64,000 nucleotides of DNA from Ilumatobacteraceae bacterium (GTDB lineage Bacteria > Actinomycetota > Acidimicrobiia > Acidimicrobiales > Ilumatobacteraceae). The stretch is taken from the NCBI GenBank assembly GCA_041394645.1, contig JAWKHV010000007.1:38879-102878 (forward strand), written 5' to 3'. Shown in pieces: positions 30,779-40,640 of this stretch (positions are counted from its first letter, which is position 1; each line of letters begins with the position of its first letter). A program made the position numbers and the translations under genes. The notes beneath the pieces were generated by a model. That model was not told the origin of the DNA. It saw only the letters and a program-made list of their open reading frames with translations, and did not search any database.

Positions 30779-31585
30779 TCAGTCGTTGTGGAACTCGGGC
30801 GGCCGCTTCTCCAGGAACGCCGTCATCGCTTCGCGATGGTCATTGGTGAAGCTGGCCATGATCTGTTGCCGGTTCTCGTAGTCGATCGCCGATTGCATCG
30901 CCGGGATCTCGAGCGCGGCCCACATCCCTTCCTTGGTCAGCGCGATCCCGAAGGGCGCGTTGGCCATGACGAGCTCGGCCTTCTGCAACGCCAGCTCGAG
31001 CAACGCCTCGGGATCGTCGGCGAGTTCGACCACCAGGCCGATGCGAGCCGCCTCGTCGGCGTCGAAGACCCGGCCCGTGAGCATCAGCTCCTGGGCCCGG
31101 CTGGCGCCGACCAGTCGGGGCAGAACCCAGCTGGTGCCGATGTCGCACGCCGACAGCCCGATTCGCACGAAGGCCGCGTTGAACTTGGCCTGTCGGCTCG
31201 CGATGCGGATGTCGGAGCCGAGCACGAGGGCGAACCCTCCACCGGCCGCAGCACCGTTGACCGCCGCGATGACCGGCTGGGGCAACGAACGCAGATGGGG
31301 CATCAGTGTGGCGATGTGCTTCTGCACCGTGAACGAGGTCTGCACCCGTCCGGGCCGGCCGACCAGCGGCGGCTCGCCGTACCCACCGAGGTCGAGCCCG
31401 GCGCAGAAGCCGCGGCCGGCGCCGGTCAGGATCACCACTCGGGCCTCGGGGTCGGCCGCCACATCGTCGAGCGCCTCGTGCAGCTGCTCGACGAGAGCGG
31501 AGTTCATGGCGTTGAGCCGGTCCGGGCGATTCAGGGTGATCGTGCGGACACCGGGGCGGGGGCTCGTCAGCTCGACTTCGCTCAT
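30779..31585 (-). CDS. Enoyl-CoA hydratase/isomerase (crotonase) family protein
   Basis: The ATG at 31585 gives MSEVELTSPRPGVRTITLNRPDRLNAMN...VVILTGAGRGFCAGLDL...VIAAVNGAAAGGGFALVLGSDIRIA. Sequence upstream in the longest ORF is R/P-rich junk. Confidence 0.85.
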   Translation of the reverse strand: MSEVELTSPRPGVRTITLNRPDRLNAMNSALVEQLHEALDDVAADPEARVVILTGAGRGFCAGLDLGGYGEPPLVGRPGRVQTSFTVQKHIATLMPHLRSLPQPVIAAVNGAAAGGGFALVLGSDIRIASRQAKFNAAFVRIGLSACDIGTSWVLPRLVGASRAQELMLTGRVFDADEAARIGLVVELADDPEALLELALQKAELVMANAPFGIALTKEGMWAALEIPAMQSAIDYENRQQIMASFTNDHREAMTAFLEKRPPEFHND

Positions 31586-31733
31586 GGCGGGGAGTCTCCA
31601 CGACCGACCCGCGCCGCGCAGAACCGAGCCGAAACGGCGAAGGCGGAACGGACGTCGAACGAACCCGGCGTGGAGCGACGGGTCGGCGACGAAGCGCGAA
31701 GTCCGCGACACCCCGTGAGTAGCGTGCAGTTCC

Positions 31734-32630
31734 GTGACCATCGACCTGCTCGACGCCCCCGGGCGGGACTTCGCCCGAGTGTTGCGGGTGCATCGCACGG
31801 GCCGATTCGATCCGACGGTCGAAGTCGAGCCCGGTGGGTGGTGGTGGGCCACCCTCACCCCGCATGGTCCTGGAACCCTCCACATCTGGTGGGGTTCGCG
31901 AGGAGTGGATGCCGAGGCGTGGGGCGACGGAGCGTCGTGGCTCCTCGATCGGGTCTGCGGACTCCTCGGCGAGGACGACCGCGTCGTGCCCTTCACGAGC
32001 GGCCACCCCCAGGTCCTGGCCGCCCAACGGAACCACCCTGACCTGCGGTTCGGGCACAGTGACCGGCTGTATCACACGATGCTCCCGATCGTGATCGGCC
32101 AACGGGTGACCACCCGTGAGGCACGTCGGTCGTGGACCCAGTTGGTTCGCGCCGCCGGCCAACCGGCACCCGGTCCCCGGCCGTTACGGCTGCCACCGGA
32201 GCCGTCGGTGTTGGCCCGCCAGCCCTACTGGTGGTTCCATCGCTTCGGTATCGAGCGCCATCGCGCCGATGCGTTGCGGACGGTCGCGGCCCACGCCGCC
32301 CTCCTCGATCGGCTCGATCAGGCGGGCGACATCGCCGCGGCGCGGACGGATCTCGCCCGCCTTCCCGGGATCGGGGCGTGGACGATCGGGTGTTCGCTCG
32401 GCCCCGCCCTCGGCGACGCCGATGCCGTGGCGGTGGGCGACTTCTGGGTCCCGCACCAGGTGTGTTGGGCCTTGGCCGGGGAGGCTCGGGGCTCGGACGA
32501 ACGGATGCTCGAACTGCTCGAGCCGTATCGCGGCCAGCGCGGCCGCGCCGTTGCCCTGCTCGCGGCCGACGGCTGGAGAGCCCCGCGCTTCGGTCCAGGG
32601 CAGCGCATCATCCCGATCGCCTCATGGTGA
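31734..32630 (+). CDS. HhH-GPD DNA glycosylase (AlkA / 3-methyladenine glycosylase II-like)
   Basis: This is an intact 298-codon ORF. The HhH-GPD region is LARLPGIGAWTIGCSLGPALGDADAVAVGDFWVPHQV, including the catalytic Asp context. Confidence 0.7.
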   Translation: MTIDLLDAPGRDFARVLRVHRTGRFDPTVEVEPGGWWWATLTPHGPGTLHIWWGSRGVDAEAWGDGASWLLDRVCGLLGEDDRVVPFTSGHPQVLAAQRNHPDLRFGHSDRLYHTMLPIVIGQRVTTREARRSWTQLVRAAGQPAPGPRPLRLPPEPSVLARQPYWWFHRFGIERHRADALRTVAAHAALLDRLDQAGDIAAARTDLARLPGIGAWTIGCSLGPALGDADAVAVGDFWVPHQVCWALAGEARGSDERMLELLEPYRGQRGRAVALLAADGWRAPRFGPGQRIIPIASW

Positions 32631-34141
32631 CGCGCCACCAGGAGGGCGCGGCGAACAGGGCGGTCACCTGGTCGCCGCGTCCGAGGTTTCGGCTGCTAGC
32701 TTCCCGCGCCGTGTCAGACACGACTGGGGCGCAGTCAGACGCGGCGGTCACGGGCGACGCTGCGGGATCGACTTCGTGGAAGCAGGCGAAGTGGAGTGGC
32801 GTGGTGGCGTACCTGCTCGCCCGGTTGTGCGTCGTGGCCGGGGCTGCCGCGGTCTCGACGGCGCGTGACGTCGCCGATCGCCTCAACGACCCGACCAAGC
32901 TTCCGCCCGAGTCCGCCCTCGGCGGGATCTTCGACGTCCTCAACTCGTGGGACGGCCAGTGGTACTACGCAATCGTCCGCAACGGCTACCCGCGCCAAGT
33001 ACCGCCGCATGTGACCTTCGAGGTGCTCGAGGCCCGGGCGGCCTTCTTCCCGTTGTACCCGATGCTCGTCCGGGGGCTGAACGCCATCCTGCCGGGCGGG
33101 GACGTGTTGGCGGCGCTGCTGTTCAATTCGGTGATGGGGCTCGTGGCGGTCCTCCTCGTCGGTGAGCTGGCTCGCCGGATCTACGGGGTCGAGGTGGCCA
33201 AACGGGCGATGCTCCTGATGGCGCTGTTCCCGGGGAGCTACGTGTTCTCGTTCGCCTACAGCGAGGCGGTCATGTTCGTGCTCGTCGCCCTGTGCTTGCT
33301 CGCGCTGAACGATCGCCGCTGGGTGTGGGCGGGCGTCGCCGCGGCCCTCGTGACCGCGTCCCGTCCGAACGGGGTGGCGATCTGCTTCGCCACCGCGGTG
33401 GCGGCCTGGTTCGCCATCCGAGAACGACGGGAGTGGCGCGCCCTGATCGCCCCGGCACTGTCGCCGCTCGGTTGGTTGACGTTCCAGATCTGGCTCGGCG
33501 TGCACGCGTCGGAGACCGGCGTGTGGTTCCGGGTGCAGCGCGAGGCATGGGACGAGGGGCTCAGCTTCGGCATGAAATCGCTCGAGGCCATCGGCGAAGC
33601 GCTGCAGCGCCCACTCAGCTCGCCCGCCAACCTGCTGACGCTCACGAGCGTCGCGGCGATGCTGGTGATGGTCTACGCGTCGGTGAAGTCCCGGCTCCCG
33701 AAGGAATGGCTGGCCTACTCGGGCGTCGTGCTCGCCCTCATGCTGCTCCCCGCGACCGTCGCGCCTCGACCCCGATTCGTCTACACCGCGTTCCCGTTGC
33801 TGATCGGCGTGGCGGCATGGTGGCGGCCGAAGTGGTCCGACCTCTGGGTCCTGCTCATGGTGGCGTGCGGGGCCGGATTGGTCGCGCTGCCGGTGCTGTA
33901 CGGCGGCTTGCCGCGATCCCGTGACCGACCAGCACGAGGAGGGACCCGGCCGGGAGGAGCGAACCACCACCCTGACGACCCGGCCCTCGGCAACCCGGGC
34001 ACGAGGTTCCCTTCCCAGACTCGCCTCCTGGCTGTGGCTGGGGTTGCTCTCGTACCTGCCACCCCTCGCGTCGTCCCCCGGCCACCTCGCCGCGGACACC
34101 AAGGCGTACCTCACCCTCGACCCCGGCCGCCTCCTCGGTGA
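32624..34141 (+). CDS. Polytopic mannosyltransferase-like GT-C protein (PIG-V / GPI-mannosyltransferase-2-like); the 3' end is doubtful
   Basis: The signature is VLNSWDGQWYYAIVRNGY, followed by about 8 TM spans. Credible sequence ends at ...LVALPVLYGG (about 33905). The remaining 75 codons are R/P-rich and overlap the next gene by 220 nt. A stop in the neighbouring frame (33922-33924) would form GTGA with the next start. Alternative starts are 32624 (ATG) and 32711 (GTG). Confidence 0.65.
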   Translation: MVTRHQEGAANRAVTWSPRPRFRLLASRAVSDTTGAQSDAAVTGDAAGSTSWKQAKWSGVVAYLLARLCVVAGAAAVSTARDVADRLNDPTKLPPESALGGIFDVLNSWDGQWYYAIVRNGYPRQVPPHVTFEVLEARAAFFPLYPMLVRGLNAILPGGDVLAALLFNSVMGLVAVLLVGELARRIYGVEVAKRAMLLMALFPGSYVFSFAYSEAVMFVLVALCLLALNDRRWVWAGVAAALVTASRPNGVAICFATAVAAWFAIRERREWRALIAPALSPLGWLTFQIWLGVHASETGVWFRVQREAWDEGLSFGMKSLEAIGEALQRPLSSPANLLTLTSVAAMLVMVYASVKSRLPKEWLAYSGVVLALMLLPATVAPRPRFVYTAFPLLIGVAAWWRPKWSDLWVLLMVACGAGLVALPVLYGGLPRSRDRPARGGTRPGGANHHPDDPALGNPGTRFPSQTRLLAVAGVALVPATPRVVPRPPRRGHQGVPHPRPRPPPR

Positions 34142-37100
34142 CGCCGCGTTCTCGTGGGATGCCCGACAGTTCGGAGGTTGGGTCCCGCACCAGGTGATCG
34201 GCTACCTCTGGCCGAGCGGGCCGTGGTTCTGGCTGGGCTCCACCCTCGGGGCGCCGATGTGGGTCGTGCATCGGCTGTGGCTGGGAACGATCCTGTTCGC
34301 AGCGGCGCTCGGAGCGCGCTGGTGTGCGCGGGAGTTCGGCCTCAGCCGACTCGCCGCCGTCGTGGCCGCCACCGCCTATCTGCTCACGCCGTTCACGCTC
34401 CCCTACCTGTCGCGCGGTTCGATCCTGGTGTTGCCGTGGGCCGGTCTCGGGTGGTTGATCGCGCTGACCGCTCGAGCGGCGCGCGACGGCGGCTGGCGCT
34501 GGCCCGCCTGGTTCGCGCTGGTCATCGTCACGGTGGGCGGCATCAATGCGACCGCCATGGTGATGATCGCCCCCGGACCCTTGCTCGTGCTGTTCGAGTT
34601 GGTCTGGCGACGCGAGGTGCCAGCCCGCCGGGCCATCGCCGCCGGCGCGCGCATCGCCGGATCGTCGGCGGTCGTGTCGGTCTGGTGGCTGATGGGGCTG
34701 GCGGTCCAGGGCCGGTACGGAGCCCCCGTCCTCGCCTTCTCCGAGACCCTGCAGTCGGTGAGCTTCACTGCGGTGTCGAGCGAGGCGTTGCGGGGCGCGG
34801 GCTACTGGATCACCTACGTCAGTGATCCCACCGGTCCGCTCACGACGGGCGGGCTCTACCTGCAGTCGTCGGTGGTCGTGATCGCTGCCGGGTTCGCCGT
34901 GGTGCTCGCCGGGCTGCTCGGCATCGTGAGCTCCCGGTGGGTCTGGGCCCGGTGGTCGGCGTTCATGGTGCTCGTCGGCGTGGTGCTTGCATCCGGCGTT
35001 CACCCGATCGACGATCCGTCGCCCCTGATGTCGCCGATCGCCTCGGCGTCGCGATCCACCCTCGCCCTCGCCCTGCGCAGTTCGACGCGAGCCGTACCGC
35101 TCACGGTCCTCGGCCTCGCCCTCGGCGCCGGGGCGCTGGTCGACCGTCCTCCCCTCGTCGGTCGCATCGGGATGCGGCGCGGTGCCGTCGGCGCGGTGGT
35201 CCGACCGGTCATCGCCGCCACCGTGGGCCTGTTGGCGCTCCTCGGGTCACCGGCCTTCGTGCACCGTCTGTTCGTCGATCCCGTCCTCGGTCTCGACCAG
35301 GTGCCGTCGGCCTGGTACGACGCCGCGGCTGCACTCGACGCCCGTCCGGCCGACTACCGAACGCTCCAGCTGCCCGGGACCGAGTCGGCCGCCCACCGCT
35401 TCGGGCAACTCGTCGACCCGCTCCTTCCCGGCCTCACCGAGCGCCCGGTGCTCCAGCGCGACTGGCTGCCGCTCGGGAGCGCCCCGTTGATGGATCTGTT
35501 CTGGGCGCTCGATGGTCGGTTCCAGGCCGGAACCGTCGAGCCCGACTCGATCGCACCGGTGGCCCGGCTCCTCGGCGCCGACTCGATCGTGCTGGCCGGT
35601 GACACCGCGGCCGAGAAGTTCGATACCCCCTCGCCCGAGACGACCTGGTCGATGTTCCTCGCCGGCGCGGCCGGGCTGGGCACACCGGCCACCTACGGCG
35701 TGGCCATCCCGAACGGCCGGGGCGCCTTCCTCGACGTGGAGCGGATCGCCGGGCGGGACACGGGCGCCCCGGTCCCTCCGGTGGCCATCGTCCCCGTCGA
35801 GGATCCCCGACCGCTCGTGCGAGCCACCGGTGCCTCGGTCATCGTGGCCGGAAGCGGCGACGGGCTCGTGGACGCCGCGGCGGCAGGCCTGCTTCCTGCC
35901 GACGCTGCGGTCGTCTACGACGCCTCACCCGGGAATCCGTCCCTCCCCGGATCCGACGCCGTACTCCTCACCGACAGCGCACGCAAGCGGGCCCACTACT
36001 GGTGGGGCTCCCAGGACGTCGAGGGCGCGGTCGAGCCGCCCACGACGACCACCGTGATCGACGATCCCGCCGACAGCCGTCTGGCGGTCTTCCCCGGCGT
36101 CGCCCCCGCCCAGCAGACCACGATGGAGATCGACGGACCCTTCGTCGCTCGGGCGACCGGATACGGCGGTCCGAGCTCGGCCCGTCCCGAGGATCAGCCC
36201 CAATACGCGATCGACGGGGACCCGGCGACGGCCTGGCGGGTGGCGGATCGAGCCGATGCCCGCGGTGCGGTGCTGCGGCTGGAGTCGGGAACGCCTCAGG
36301 AGTTCGACACCATCACGATCGAACAGGCCGAGAGCCGCACGGGCGGGATCCCCCGCCACATCACCGAGATCGAGCTGCGAACCGAGGACCTCCGAGCGCG
36401 CGTCGCCCTCGATCCCGGCCGGACCGAACTGGCGCTGGCCGACTCGACGTCGTGGGTGGAGATCGAGATCGTGCAGACCGACGCCGGCGATCGCGACCAG
36501 TACGCCGGTTACGCGCCGGTCGGCCTGGCCGAGGTCGAGCTGGGCGGGGTCGCACCGAGCCCGTTCGGTCTCCGTCTGCCGCTGCTGACCGACGCCACCG
36601 CGACCCCGGATGCGGTCCTCGTGACCCGAGACCGAGTCGACCCCCTCGACCGTTGGCGCCGCGACCCGGAGACGTCGCTCGATCGGCGCTGGAACTCGGT
36701 CGCCGAGGCGAGATACGAGGTGAGGCCGACGATCCGGCTCTCGACCGCGACCTCGCCGGAGCTGGTGGCATCGATCCTGGGCATCGGCGACGCCGCCACG
36801 GCGGACACCAGCCTCCGGGGGGCCCTCGATCGATCGGCCTGGTTCGCGATCGACGGCGACCAGTCCACCGCGTGGAGCTCGGATGTCGGGCACACCACCG
36901 GATCCTCGGTCACGGTACGCAGCATCGCCGGTGAGGTCCTCGACCAGCTCGCCGTGACGACACTCGTCGATTCGTCCCACAGCCTCGTCCGGACGCTACG
37001 GATCGTGTCGGGCGGCTCGGAACGGACCGTGGCGATCGAGGGAGCCGGCGGCCGTCTCCCGATCGAACCGCTCGTGCTCGGCGACAGGACCACCTTCGTC

Positions 37101-38314
37101 GTGGACGCGTCCGAGGACCGGATCGCCATCGATCGACCGAGCGGAGCGGCCGTGACCCTGCCCGTGGGCATCACCGAACTCGGCGGCCACGGACTGCTCA
37201 ACGCCCTGGTGCCCGACCAGTTCTGGAGCGGCTGCCGAAGCGATCTGTTGGCGATCGACGGGTCGGCGGTCGACGTCCAGGTCTCCGGGACCGTGGCCGA
37301 CGCTCTCGCCGGCCGCCCGCTCACGGCGACCCCGTGTCTCGATCGGTCCGACGTACTCCTTCCCGCCGGCGCCCATCGCATCACGTCGGCGCCGGGCTCG
37401 CTCACGGGTACGACGTCGATCGAGTGGCGCTGGTGGGACCGCAGTGGTCGGCCGTGCTCTCCCCGGTGCCGCCTGGAACGGATCGAACCGCGAACGACGC
37501 ACCGCTGATCGCGGCGACCGATCGAGGTCGCAGCAGTCGCTCGATCACGGTGACCGGTTGCGGATCCGGTTGCTGGGTGACCGCCGGCGACGGGTGGAAC
37601 GACGGCTGGACGGCCTCGGTCGACGGCAGCTCGCTCGGCACACCGAGCGTGGTCGACGGGGGCTCCGGTGGCTGGTGGATCCCACCGGGTCCCGACGGGG
37701 AGCGGACGGTCGAGCTGACCTGGACACCCCAGCGATGGACGTGGCTGGCCCTCGCGGTCTCGCTCCTCGGCGTGATCGGGTGCCTCGCGGTCATCTGGCG
37801 ATCCCGCCGGAGCGACGCAGCCCGGACCGCTCCAGCTGCCGGCGATGCCGTCGTCGGTTCTCCGGGGCCTGAGTCTCCAGGAGTTGGTTCTCCCGGCGCT
37901 GGTTCTCCCGGCGCGCCGGAACCCTTGGACGATCAGGCGTCGGCCACGACGGGACGGTCCGGTGCCGGGCTCGTCGCCGCCGCGGCCGTCACCACTTTCG
38001 CGGTCGTCGGCTGGCCCTGGGCCATCGCCGTCGCGATCCTCGCTGCGGTGTGTGTCGCCGTCTCGCGACCGCAGCTCATGGCGTGGGTCGGGTTGGCGAT
38101 CGTGGCCTCCGTCGCGCTGTTCTACGTCGAGCACCAGTACCGGTACCGGTCACCGGCCGGCTTCGGATGGGTCGTGAACGTCGACGCCATGCATCACCGA
38201 ACCCTCGCCGCTCTGGTGCTCATCGCGATGGGACTGGTCGGCCGACGGCGACGATCGTCGAGGGCGATCCCTCGGGACCACTCGGACGAGCCAGTAGCGT
38301 CTGGGGCCGTATGA
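33921..38314 (+). pseudogene. AftD-like alpha-(1->3)-arabinofuranosyltransferase family protein (DUF3367 type, about 1460 aa) with a single frame change near 37390-37396
   Basis: The N-terminal signature is GHLAADTKAYLTLDPGRLLGDAAFSWDARQFGGWVPHQVIGYLWPSGPWFW, followed by many TM spans and then a large soluble part (YAIDGDPATAWRV discoidin-like). After HRITSAP the protein continues in the frame of ORF 37334-38314 (GYDVDRVALVGPQ...GWNDGWTASVDG...ELTWTPQRWTWLALAVSLLG...). Confidence 0.8.
37856..37915 (+). repeat. 15-bp x 4 in-frame repeat encoding GSPGP-ESPGV-GSPGA-GSPGA in the AftD-like tail
   Basis: Read directly: ggttctccggggcct gagtctccaggagtt ggttctcccggcgct ggttctcccggcgcg. Confidence 0.8.
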
Positions 38315-39042
38315 CGCCAGCTCCCCATCGCCGATGTCTGTCGGTCGTCATTCCCTGCTTCAACGAGGTCGCCACGGTGTCGACCGTCCTCGACCAGGTG
38401 TTGGACTCGCCGTGGGTGGGCGAGGTGATCGTCGTCGACGACGGGTCCACCGACGGCACCCGAGAGGTGCTCGCCGCCATCGACCATCCGTTGGTCAAGA
38501 TCCTCCTGCAGCCCGAGAACCAGGGCAAAGGGGCGGCCCTGCGGCGAGGGTTCGGCGAAGCCGGGTGTGACTACGTCGTGGTGCAGGACGCCGACCTCGA
38601 ATACGACCCCGCGGAATTCGGTGAGCTCATCGAACCACTCGAGTCCGGCCGGGCCGACGTGGTGTTCGGTTCCCGGTTCCTCGGTGGGCGTCCCCACCGC
38701 GTCCTGTACTTCTGGCACTCGGCGGGGAACCGTCTGCTCACCTTGCTCTCGAACATGTTGACCGACCTGAACCTGACCGACATGGAGACCTGCTACAAGG
38801 TCTTCCGCCGCGACGTGATCCAGTCGATCGACATCGAAGAAGACCGGTTCGGGTTCGAGCCAGAGATCACCGCCAAGGTCGCTCGGGGCGGATGGAGGGT
38901 CTACGAGGTCGGGATCTCCTACAACGGCAGGACCTACGACGAAGGCAAGAAGATCGGTTGGCGCGACGGCCTGCGGGCCCTCTACTGCATCGTCCGCTAC
39001 AGCGAGACCGGCTCCCGCGTCCGCCGACTCGTCAAGGGCTGA
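38311..39042 (+). CDS. Family 2 glycosyltransferase
   Basis: The ATG overlaps the upstream stop (ATGA). The GT-A motifs are LSVVIPCFNE, VIVVDDGSTDGT and VVVQDADLEYDP. The ORF is intact at 243 codons. Confidence 0.85.
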   Translation: MTPAPHRRCLSVVIPCFNEVATVSTVLDQVLDSPWVGEVIVVDDGSTDGTREVLAAIDHPLVKILLQPENQGKGAALRRGFGEAGCDYVVVQDADLEYDPAEFGELIEPLESGRADVVFGSRFLGGRPHRVLYFWHSAGNRLLTLLSNMLTDLNLTDMETCYKVFRRDVIQSIDIEEDRFGFEPEITAKVARGGWRVYEVGISYNGRTYDEGKKIGWRDGLRALYCIVRYSETGSRVRRLVKG

Positions 39043-39056
39043 TTCCCGACCGCGTC

Positions 39057-39088
39057 GACCGACGTTCGGGCAGCGAGGCCCGTCGGTC
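39057..39088. terminator. Candidate bidirectional hairpin between convergent genes
   Basis: GACCGACG (39057-39064) and CGTCGGTC (39081-39088) form a perfect 8-bp stem around a 16-nt loop. There is no U-tract. Confidence 0.3.
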
Positions 39089-39102
39089 AGCGGCCCAGTG
39101 AC

Positions 39103-39837
39103 TCAGCGGGTCCCGCGTCGCCGGAGGGCGTCGAGCAGGTCGCGCCCACCCCAGGTGGTGACCAGCCACATCGATTCGCGAATGATCCGACCCGACATCT
39201 TCGACTCGCCCACCGTCCGGTCGGCGAAGCAGATCGGCACCTCGGCCACCGAGCACCCAGATCGCACGGCCCGACGGGCGAGTTCGGTCAAGAAGGCGTA
39301 TCCCTCGGCAGAGGTGCTCGCCGGGTCGATGCCGCGCAGGACCTCGGCGCGGTAACAGCGGAAGCCGGCGGTGACGTCCCGGATCGGGAGGCGGAGCACG
39401 CCTGCGGTGTAGCGATTCCCGAGCCGAGACAGCACGCGGCGATGGAGCGGCCAGTTCTCGGTCGATCCGCCGGTCACGTACCGGGATCCGATCGCCAGGT
39501 CCGCTCCCGCCTCGACCGCAGCGAGCAGGAGCGGCACGACGGACGGATCGTGGGAGAAGTCGGCGTCCATCTGGACGATCCGGTCGGCCCCCATGGACAG
39601 GGCGCGAGCGAAGCCGGCCCGGTAGGCGCTGCCGAGTCCTTCCTTTCCGGCGCGGTGCATGACCTCGATCCGGCCCAGCTCCGCCGCCGCCTTCTCGGCG
39701 AGCTCACCGGTACCGTCGGGACTGTTGTCGTCGACCACCAAGATGTCCGCCTCCGGGACCGCGCCCCGCACGGCCGTCAGGAACCGGACGATGTTCTCGG
39801 CCTCCTGGTAGGTCGGCACGACGACGACGACGCTCAT
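39103..39837 (-). CDS. ppm1: Polyprenol-phosphate mannose synthase (GT2, Ppm1/Dpm1-like)
   Basis: This is an intact 244-codon ORF. Family segments are VVVVVPTYQEAENI, ILVVDDNSPDGTG, HRAGKEGLGSAYRAGF, VQMDADFSHDP and AIGSRYV. Confidence 0.8.
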   Translation of the reverse strand: MSVVVVVPTYQEAENIVRFLTAVRGAVPEADILVVDDNSPDGTGELAEKAAAELGRIEVMHRAGKEGLGSAYRAGFARALSMGADRIVQMDADFSHDPSVVPLLLAAVEAGADLAIGSRYVTGGSTENWPLHRRVLSRLGNRYTAGVLRLPIRDVTAGFRCYRAEVLRGIDPASTSAEGYAFLTELARRAVRSGCSVAEVPICFADRTVGESKMSGRIIRESMWLVTTWGGRDLLDALRRRGTR

Positions 39838-39914
39838 GGAGCGGCCACGCTACTGCGACGGCGCCGCTGTAGCGCCGATCTCGTGACGAACGAACGTCCG
39901 GAACGAACGCCGGG

Positions 39915-40499
39915 TCAGGGGGTCGAGAGGGCAGCGACGACGAGCCGGGCCAGCCGCTCGGCGCCCGCCTCGGTCAAGGCGCCGGTCGAGTCTCTGACCG
40001 TGACCTGTCCGTCCGGCTCGCAGCCGACCGCCCCGCCGTCGAACGGCTCCCACCATGCACAGCCGATCCGGGCGCCCGGACCGCCCGGAATCAGGCCCGA
40101 ACCATCGATCACCCGCCGGTCCTCGCCGACCAGCCCGGGATCCAACGACACGCTCGGATCCAACAACACGATGACGGACGCCGCGGCGAACGCCTCGGGG
40201 CACGGGGCGACGTCGCTCGTGACGACGGCGACGGTGCGTCGGTCCCCGGCGGCCGTCAGCGGAGCGTCACAAGACCACGAGACGGTGACCACCCCGTGTC
40301 CGAACTCGCGCACGTACCGCTCCACCCGGTCCTGGGCGTTGGAGACGTCGGCAGGGAGGCCCACGGCGACGTCCGGTCCCGGCGTCGATGTCGACACCAT
40401 CGGCACCAGCAGCCAGGCCGCGACGAGCGCCAGACCGCCGAACGCGCCGGCACGCCATCGCCGGGGCGAGACGCGTTCGTCGTGGTCGGTCTCGAGCAC
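39915..40499 (-). CDS. Hypothetical N-terminally anchored or secreted protein
   Basis: This is a 194-codon ORF with a GTG start. It has one N-terminal hydrophobic span (AFGGLALVAAWLLVPMV), and the rest has natural composition with 4 Cys. No family was recognised. Confidence 0.5.
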   Translation of the reverse strand: MLETDHDERVSPRRWRAGAFGGLALVAAWLLVPMVSTSTPGPDVAVGLPADVSNAQDRVERYVREFGHGVVTVSWSCDAPLTAAGDRRTVAVVTSDVAPCPEAFAAASVIVLLDPSVSLDPGLVGEDRRVIDGSGLIPGGPGARIGCAWWEPFDGGAVGCEPDGQVTVRDSTGALTEAGAERLARLVVAALSTP

Positions 40500-40520
40500 A
40501 GGTGGACCTTAGCGACGGAG

Positions 40521-40585
40521 TCGATGCCCGGCATCGATCCGCTCGCGAGCGCGGGCGTCTCGAGCCGACAGGCGCAACCGTTGCG
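40521..40585. promoter_or_regulatory. Two perfect palindromes in a divergent intergenic region (candidate operators or hairpins)
   Basis: TCGATGCC-c-GGCATCGA lies at 40521-40537 and CGCAAC-c-GTTGCG at 40573-40585. Both sit between the starts at 40499 (minus) and 40641 (plus). Confidence 0.3.
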
Positions 40586-40640
40586 TCCGGCCGCGGGAAG
40601 TCCGAGAGCGGGCGAGAGGAAGCGATAGCGTGCGCTGATC

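Noticed and set aside
37385-37400. Programmed ribosomal frameshifting as the explanation for single frame breaks (AftD-like, CodA-like, CrtI-like, tatC and others)
   Set aside because: There is no slippery heptamer of the X XXY YYZ type at the junctions I read. The breaks are too numerous and occur in unrelated genes, and several coincide with 5-nt homopolymers.
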